Positions 38,247-42,479 of a stretch of DNA of 42,479 nt are shown here, in pieces. The position numbers were made by a program, and so were the translations under genes. The notes under the pieces were generated by a model. The model did no database searches and was not told the origin of the DNA. It was given only the letters and a program-made list of their open reading frames with translations. Origin of the DNA: a virus. Taxonomy: Duplodnaviria > Caudoviricetes. How positions within the stretch are numbered: the first letter of the stretch is position 1; every line of letters begins with the position of its first letter. Location of the stretch: positions 1 through 42,479 of the IMG/VR virus record IMGVR_UViG_3300031453_000005. One strand, given 5' to 3'.

Positions 38247-38414
38247 GTAGGGGGCGTTAGATCGAAGGATGAACATTCTTCGAGCTCTCTTGCGTTCCAT
38301 CAAATCTCGCAGCAGCAAGTTCACAAAATGACACGCGCCGATCAGAAGCGATCCGCCGATCACCGCGATCGGAGTGAAAGACAGATCCTGCCGCATTAGT
38401 TCGGGCAGGATCAC
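38148..38414 (-). CDS. Small membrane protein (moron)
   Basis: One TM segment; GTGA-coupled to the lipoprotein gene; overlaps the previous gene's end. Confidence 0.4.
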   Translation of the reverse strand: MILPELMRQDLSFTPIAVIGGSLLIGACHFVNLLLRDLMERKRARRMFILRSNAPYSGLVIRPVKQFVYPRRTLSIPASRADSLNDPT

Positions 38415-38657
38415 ATCGGTTCCTTTGAGGCAGTCCAGCCATGGGCCTGCATGCAGTGGGAGAACAACATCAACGTTTGCATCATGCCGAAGTTGGTTAG
38501 CGTCGGTAACTGACCGACCCCAGCGTCTCGCTCACATTGATAGCGGTCTTGATTGTAGTCTGTTTCTGTTGAGGCAGATTTGTTCCAAACCGTGCGCGTT
38601 TCTTGCTGCGCAAGATCCGAGAAGCAACGCAAATCCGATCACCAGTTTACTGAGCAT
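38411..38657 (-). pseudogene. Lipoprotein gene split by a frameshift near 38608
   Basis: MLSKLVIGFALLLGSC lipobox in one frame; QQETRTVWNK..DRYQC..CMQAHGW in another. Confidence 0.7.
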
Positions 38658-38658
38658 C

Positions 38659-38682
38659 AAAAACCCACCGCACAAGCGGCGG
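38659..38682 (-). terminator. Possible intrinsic terminator
   Basis: Minus strand CCGCCGC-TTGT-GCGGTGG-G-TTTTT. Confidence 0.4.
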
Positions 38683-38736
38683 AAACCATGCGCGCAATCC
38701 AGGGCGCATACAACGCACATCGCGAAAGGCTCCTGC

Positions 38737-38949
38737 ATGCCCGCAATTAAGACATGGGCTCAGCTAGAGCCAGTCTCCCACAATGACCTCAACACCAACT
38801 TCGTCTCGCTTGATCTTCGGCTGCTGGCCGTAGAGCAACTTGCGAACGCCTTCTCTCAGGGCTCCATCCGCACCGGCTATTCGCTGATTTTTTCGGACGG
38901 CTCGCCTGCCGTGTTTACGGATGGTTCGCCCATCCTTCTCAGCTCCTAA
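38737..38949 (+). CDS. 70-aa putative tail-fibre adaptor
   Basis: N-terminus KTW..LE.VSHNDLNTNF resembles the protein at 29871; C-terminal FSDGSP/FTDGSP repeat. Confidence 0.65.
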   Translation: MPAIKTWAQLEPVSHNDLNTNFVSLDLRLLAVEQLANAFSQGSIRTGYSLIFSDGSPAVFTDGSPILLSS

Positions 38950-38960
38950 GGGGAAATACA

Positions 38961-40931
38961 GTGGCTGCTTGGCAGGGGCTTCGGTTCACGAACTTGGTTG
39001 GGATTAAGATTCCTGCCGATAACGGCGCGACGGGCGGCTATGTTCTACCGAGTGACCTTATCGGCACGATCGGCACGACGGCCGGCACGTTGGCGGCAGG
39101 CAATGACAGCCGCATCGTCGGAGCCTTGCAGCCCGCGGCAATCCCAGCTGCGGCCGGGCAGTTGCTCGGTGGGTCCGGCACGGCGGGGCAGGCGATTTCG
39201 TTGACGCTGGGCTATGGATTTTCTGTTGCAAACGGCGTGCTGAATTTTAGCAGCGCTGCTACATTCACGTTCGGGACGATCGCTCCGGCTATGGATGGGG
39301 CCGCTGCGGTCGGCGTCGCTACCACAGCGGCCCGTTCGGACCACGTCCATCCGACCGACACAAGCCGCGCGCCGACCGCTTCGCCTAGCTTTACCGGTGG
39401 CGTCAACGTCTCCGGCGGCCTGACCATCGGCAGCAACGGTCTCAACGTCACCGGCGGTACTACCATTGCCTCCGGCGGCCTCTCGGTGACCGGCGGACTC
39501 TCGGTCTCGACCGGAACTGTCAGTCTGCCGGCAGGCGCCGTTGGCTTGGCTGCACTCGCCCAGGGGTCAGCTACACTCAATCAGGTCATCGCATGGACCG
39601 GCACGGCTTATGCGCCCGTAACGCTGACGGGTTCCTACACCCTCCCGGTGGCAACCACGACGCAGCTTGGCGGCGTGAAGTCGGACAATAACACAGTTTC
39701 GATCGCCTCCGATGGTACGCTATCGGTCGTTGGGACCACGATCGGCGCGCTGACCGCAGCGCCAGGCGGGCCTGTTTCGACTGACTTCTACTCGATCTTT
39801 CGGTCCGGCGGAGCCACGACGGATTACAAAGCCCCGGTGATCACCGCTGACGGTGTCACTATGACAATGAGCGCCAATGGCGTGCTCTCCGTCAACACCG
39901 TCAGCACGAACGCGCTGCCGGCAGGTGCCGGGCTGGCGGCAGGCGACAAGATCGCGACCTACTCAATCGCTGGCGCGGGTGACGTGGTCTACACAGCCGC
40001 GCAGATCACGGCCTACATCCAGAGCAACTTCCAGAGTTGGAGCACGGCAGGCCGTCTGACGCCGGCCGCAGGGCGGTATGTCCAGGGCTTCAATGCGACC
40101 CTAGGCCGGTTTGAGTTCTGGAACGGCACGGTCTGGAACCAGCATAACCGCGTGTCGGACTGGTCTGCGACGGCGACGCAGTTGTATGCCGGTTCGGCGA
40201 CGCCGGGTGTGGGCACGCCGATCACGCTCGGCACTAATTTGTCGCTGACCGGAACAACGCTAAACGCGGCAGGTGGCGGTGGTGGTGGAAGCGGTGCTCC
40301 TGCCAACACGCCGCAAACGATCCTGCAGTATGGATTTTCCCACAACACTCCTGAGTCTCGGGGGGCGTGTCTGCTGCCTTACAATCCGAGTGTCGGCAAT
40401 GCTTTAGTTGGTTTCGTGTTCGGCAGCCTCAATGCTCCGACTGGTTACTCAAGCGCAACTGCCACGCCTCCGACTTGGACAAATGTTTATAACGGTACGC
40501 CAAACCAATATCAGGGTTTGCGCGTCGATAGAACGACCGTTAACAGTTACACGGGCACTAAATACGGGCCAAATACAGGAGCTGGTAACGGCTCCTGTCA
40601 GGGAGTTTTTGAAGCTAATGGCTTCACCTCCATTGCTATCTACCCAGGCTCCTGCACAGTGTCAGGGACAAGTCTTACTGCGACAATTCCTGCAACATCC
40701 ACGACTTCTAAAGTCTTCGTCGTCTTTCAACACGACGACCCGGCGCAGAACCCGACAAGCAACTCTGCCAACCTTACCTACTTGACCGACTTCGGTTCAC
40801 TTGGGTCTGCGTTCGCGCATGGCGGATACATGTTTAGCATCGCCGGCTCAACGACTGCGACGACCGCGACCATAACGTTACCAGGCGCGGTCGGTTTTCC
40901 GGCATACGCAGTGTTCGTTTTCACCCCGTAA
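38961..40931 (+). CDS. Tail fibre protein
   Basis: Gly/Thr/Ala-rich; ARSDHVHP, LPVATTTQLGGVK and GGLSVT repeats. Confidence 0.85.
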   Translation: MAAWQGLRFTNLVGIKIPADNGATGGYVLPSDLIGTIGTTAGTLAAGNDSRIVGALQPAAIPAAAGQLLGGSGTAGQAISLTLGYGFSVANGVLNFSSAATFTFGTIAPAMDGAAAVGVATTAARSDHVHPTDTSRAPTASPSFTGGVNVSGGLTIGSNGLNVTGGTTIASGGLSVTGGLSVSTGTVSLPAGAVGLAALAQGSATLNQVIAWTGTAYAPVTLTGSYTLPVATTTQLGGVKSDNNTVSIASDGTLSVVGTTIGALTAAPGGPVSTDFYSIFRSGGATTDYKAPVITADGVTMTMSANGVLSVNTVSTNALPAGAGLAAGDKIATYSIAGAGDVVYTAAQITAYIQSNFQSWSTAGRLTPAAGRYVQGFNATLGRFEFWNGTVWNQHNRVSDWSATATQLYAGSATPGVGTPITLGTNLSLTGTTLNAAGGGGGGSGAPANTPQTILQYGFSHNTPESRGACLLPYNPSVGNALVGFVFGSLNAPTGYSSATATPPTWTNVYNGTPNQYQGLRVDRTTVNSYTGTKYGPNTGAGNGSCQGVFEANGFTSIAIYPGSCTVSGTSLTATIPATSTTSKVFVVFQHDDPAQNPTSNSANLTYLTDFGSLGSAFAHGGYMFSIAGSTTATTATITLPGAVGFPAYAVFVFTP

Positions 40932-40961
40932 TTTTAGTCAGACTTTGGAGAGCGACGAACC

Positions 40962-41366
40962 ATGTTCGCACACGAAATGAACGGCCTCGTGATCGACACT
41001 CAATCAGCAACCCCGCCCGCCTCTCCGGTCGGGACGTGGCGCAGCGCCCCGGATGCGGTGCAGGTCTACTGGCGCTGGGACGGATCGTCATTCCAGCCGC
41101 CCGCCGCCTCGACCACCATCCGTGTGCCGGACAAGGTCTCAGCGTTTCAGCTCTTCGACGTGCTCTCGCTGTTCGGCGAGCTGGACGCGGCCAACAACGC
41201 GGTTGCTGGGATGGATGGTCTCGCCAAAACGCTGTGGGCGCGGGAGGAAGAGTTCGACCGGGACAACCCGGTGCTCGCGCGTGTAGCCGTATCGCTATGG
41301 GGCGCTGACCTCGCGAACCTGAGAATGGACGCGCGATTTATCGACGCTGAGGGGGCGCGGGTCTGA
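40962..41366 (+). CDS. Tail-fibre assembly/chaperone-like protein
   Basis: WRWDGSSFQPP, VPDKVSAFQ, W....FDRDNP; follows the fibre gene. Confidence 0.65.
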   Translation: MFAHEMNGLVIDTQSATPPASPVGTWRSAPDAVQVYWRWDGSSFQPPAASTTIRVPDKVSAFQLFDVLSLFGELDAANNAVAGMDGLAKTLWAREEEFDRDNPVLARVAVSLWGADLANLRMDARFIDAEGARV

Positions 41367-42479
41367 TGGCGAACGATCTCACGCTCACCGGTGCCGGCTT
41401 CGGGGCGGGCCAATACGGTCAGGCGCTTGCGAGCGGCCGGGCCGATGGCTCTGTCGCTGTCAATGGTTCGGCGTTTGCTCTGGGACTCTGGGTTATCTCG
41501 ACGGGCGGCGACCCCTACGGCTGCTTTCTGCAACTCGAGGGTGCGATCTCGCTGGGCGGTGCGGCCGGCGGTCTACAAACCAATGGCGGAGCGACCGCTG
41601 TTGGTGCAAACACAATCGCAACGACCGGCGGCCGACCATCGTTCTCAACGAGCAGCTATCATTGGATTTACGTAACCTTCACCGGCCAAACCACCGTTTA
41701 TATGGATGGCGCGGTCGTTGCGTCATTCACTCAGGGACTCCCCTCCGGGTCGCCGCTGCTTCATCTCTTCGCACCCTTGGCAAACACGACTGGCTTTGCG
41801 CTCGATAGCTTGGCGATCTGGAACACGCCTGATGCCGCGCGGGCCGCGCCACCAACGGGGGCTTTTTCTGGCAGCGAAGCCAATCTGATCGCGCTGTATC
41901 AGCTTGACGGCAATGGCACCAACACGGCCGGTAGTGCCCAGACACCCACTCCGACTCTGACGCCTACCCCGACACCCACGCCTGCCCCAACATCCACTCC
42001 GACCCCGACGTCTACCACCACCGTGCTGCGCGTGCTGGGCGGGCGGAGGTTCAACGGCTTGCCGGTGGGGGTCCAGGCCATAACGGCCACCACAGCACCC
42101 ACACCCACGCCGACACCGACACCGACACCCACCCCGACGCCCACACCCGCTCCAACCCCGACGTCGGCAAGCCACTTCACCCTCGCCCTGACCCCGGCCA
42201 GCGGCACGACCGGCGCGGCGTTCCAGGTCATCGCTACCCCGGTCGGCGGCGCGTGGCCGTTCAGCCAGTCCGTCGTCGCGACCGTCACCAACGGCACGTG
42301 CAGCAACGCGACGCAGACCGCCAGCGCCAGCACCGCCGTCACCTTTAACGTCGTCGCGACCGGCCCGGCCGGCTCCTACTGCACCGTCAACGTCGCCGCC
42401 TCCGGCATGGTCAATGACACCGGAGCCGAGCAATTCGCGGTCATCCAGCCCGCCGGGACGGCCAATCGGTTCGACGCAG
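41366..42479 (+). CDS. Partial multidomain protein: LamG-like domain, Pro-Thr linkers, Ig-like domain (runs off the window)
   Basis: Translated by hand: MANDLTLTGAGFGAGQYGQAL..VYMDG..LAIWN..LIALYQLDGNG then (TP)n. Confidence 0.75.
   Translation, partial: MANDLTLTGAGFGAGQYGQALASGRADGSVAVNGSAFALGLWVISTGGDPYGCFLQLEGAISLGGAAGGLQTNGGATAVGANTIATTGGRPSFSTSSYHWIYVTFTGQTTVYMDGAVVASFTQGLPSGSPLLHLFAPLANTTGFALDSLAIWNTPDAARAAPPTGAFSGSEANLIALYQLDGNGTNTAGSAQTPTPTLTPTPTPTPAPTSTPTPTSTTTVLRVLGGRRFNGLPVGVQAITATTAPTPTPTPTPTPTPTPTPAPTPTSASHFTLALTPASGTTGAAFQVIATPVGGAWPFSQSVVATVTNGTCSNATQTASASTAVTFNVVATGPAGSYCTVNVAASGMVNDTGAEQFAVIQPAGTANRFDA
41941..42163 (+). repeat. Two Pro-Thr hexanucleotide repeat tracts
   Basis: ACNCCN repeats at about 41941-42010 and 42093-42160. 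Confidence 0.85.

Larger units (their letters stand above)
2870..42479. mobile_element. P22-like (podovirus-type) temperate prophage, right end outside the window
   Basis: Ordered int/xis, early, immunity, replication, packaging, head, tail-hub, ejection and fibre modules; no tape measure or sheath genes. Confidence 0.95.

Noticed and set aside
41723-42433. Minus-strand Gly/Val- or Arg-repeat ORFs
   Set aside because: Antisense readings of the Pro-Thr linker gene
38961-42479. Diversity-generating retroelement or invertible tail-fibre cassette
   Set aside because: No reverse transcriptase, invertase, or TR/VR pair seen in the window

Overview
GC-rich DNA, probably from an alphaproteobacterium (inferred from a GTTC-N7-GTTC LexA box and the gene families). 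It holds two adjacent integrated elements. (1) 1-2870 is the right end of an integrative element: an excisionase-like HTH gene, a frameshifted integrase remnant and an intact tyrosine integrase. (2) A 44-bp 3' half of tRNA-Glu(CTC) at 2870-2913 is the att junction. From there to the window end lies a P22-like (podovirus-type) temperate prophage. Its leftward early operon carries int, xis, an HD hydrolase, an SNF2-helicase/DNA-methyltransferase fusion with an intein, Bet, Gp157 and a pentapeptide protein. Next come an immunity region with five operators, a rightward operon (Cro, helicase, VRR-NUC, AAA_25 ATPase) ending in an iteron/hairpin origin, and the terminase, portal, scaffold, coat, tail-hub, ejection and tail-fibre genes. 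No lysis genes or attR are seen; they probably lie beyond the window. The most striking observation is a candidate SOS switch. The repressor lacks an autocleavage domain, and just past its 3' end sits a LexA-boxed promoter pointing antisense into cI. That promoter has an RBS and an 80-codon ORF nested opposite cI, a candidate antirepressor. All calls are by-eye motif recognition with no database searches, and hand-counted coordinates may be off by a few bases.
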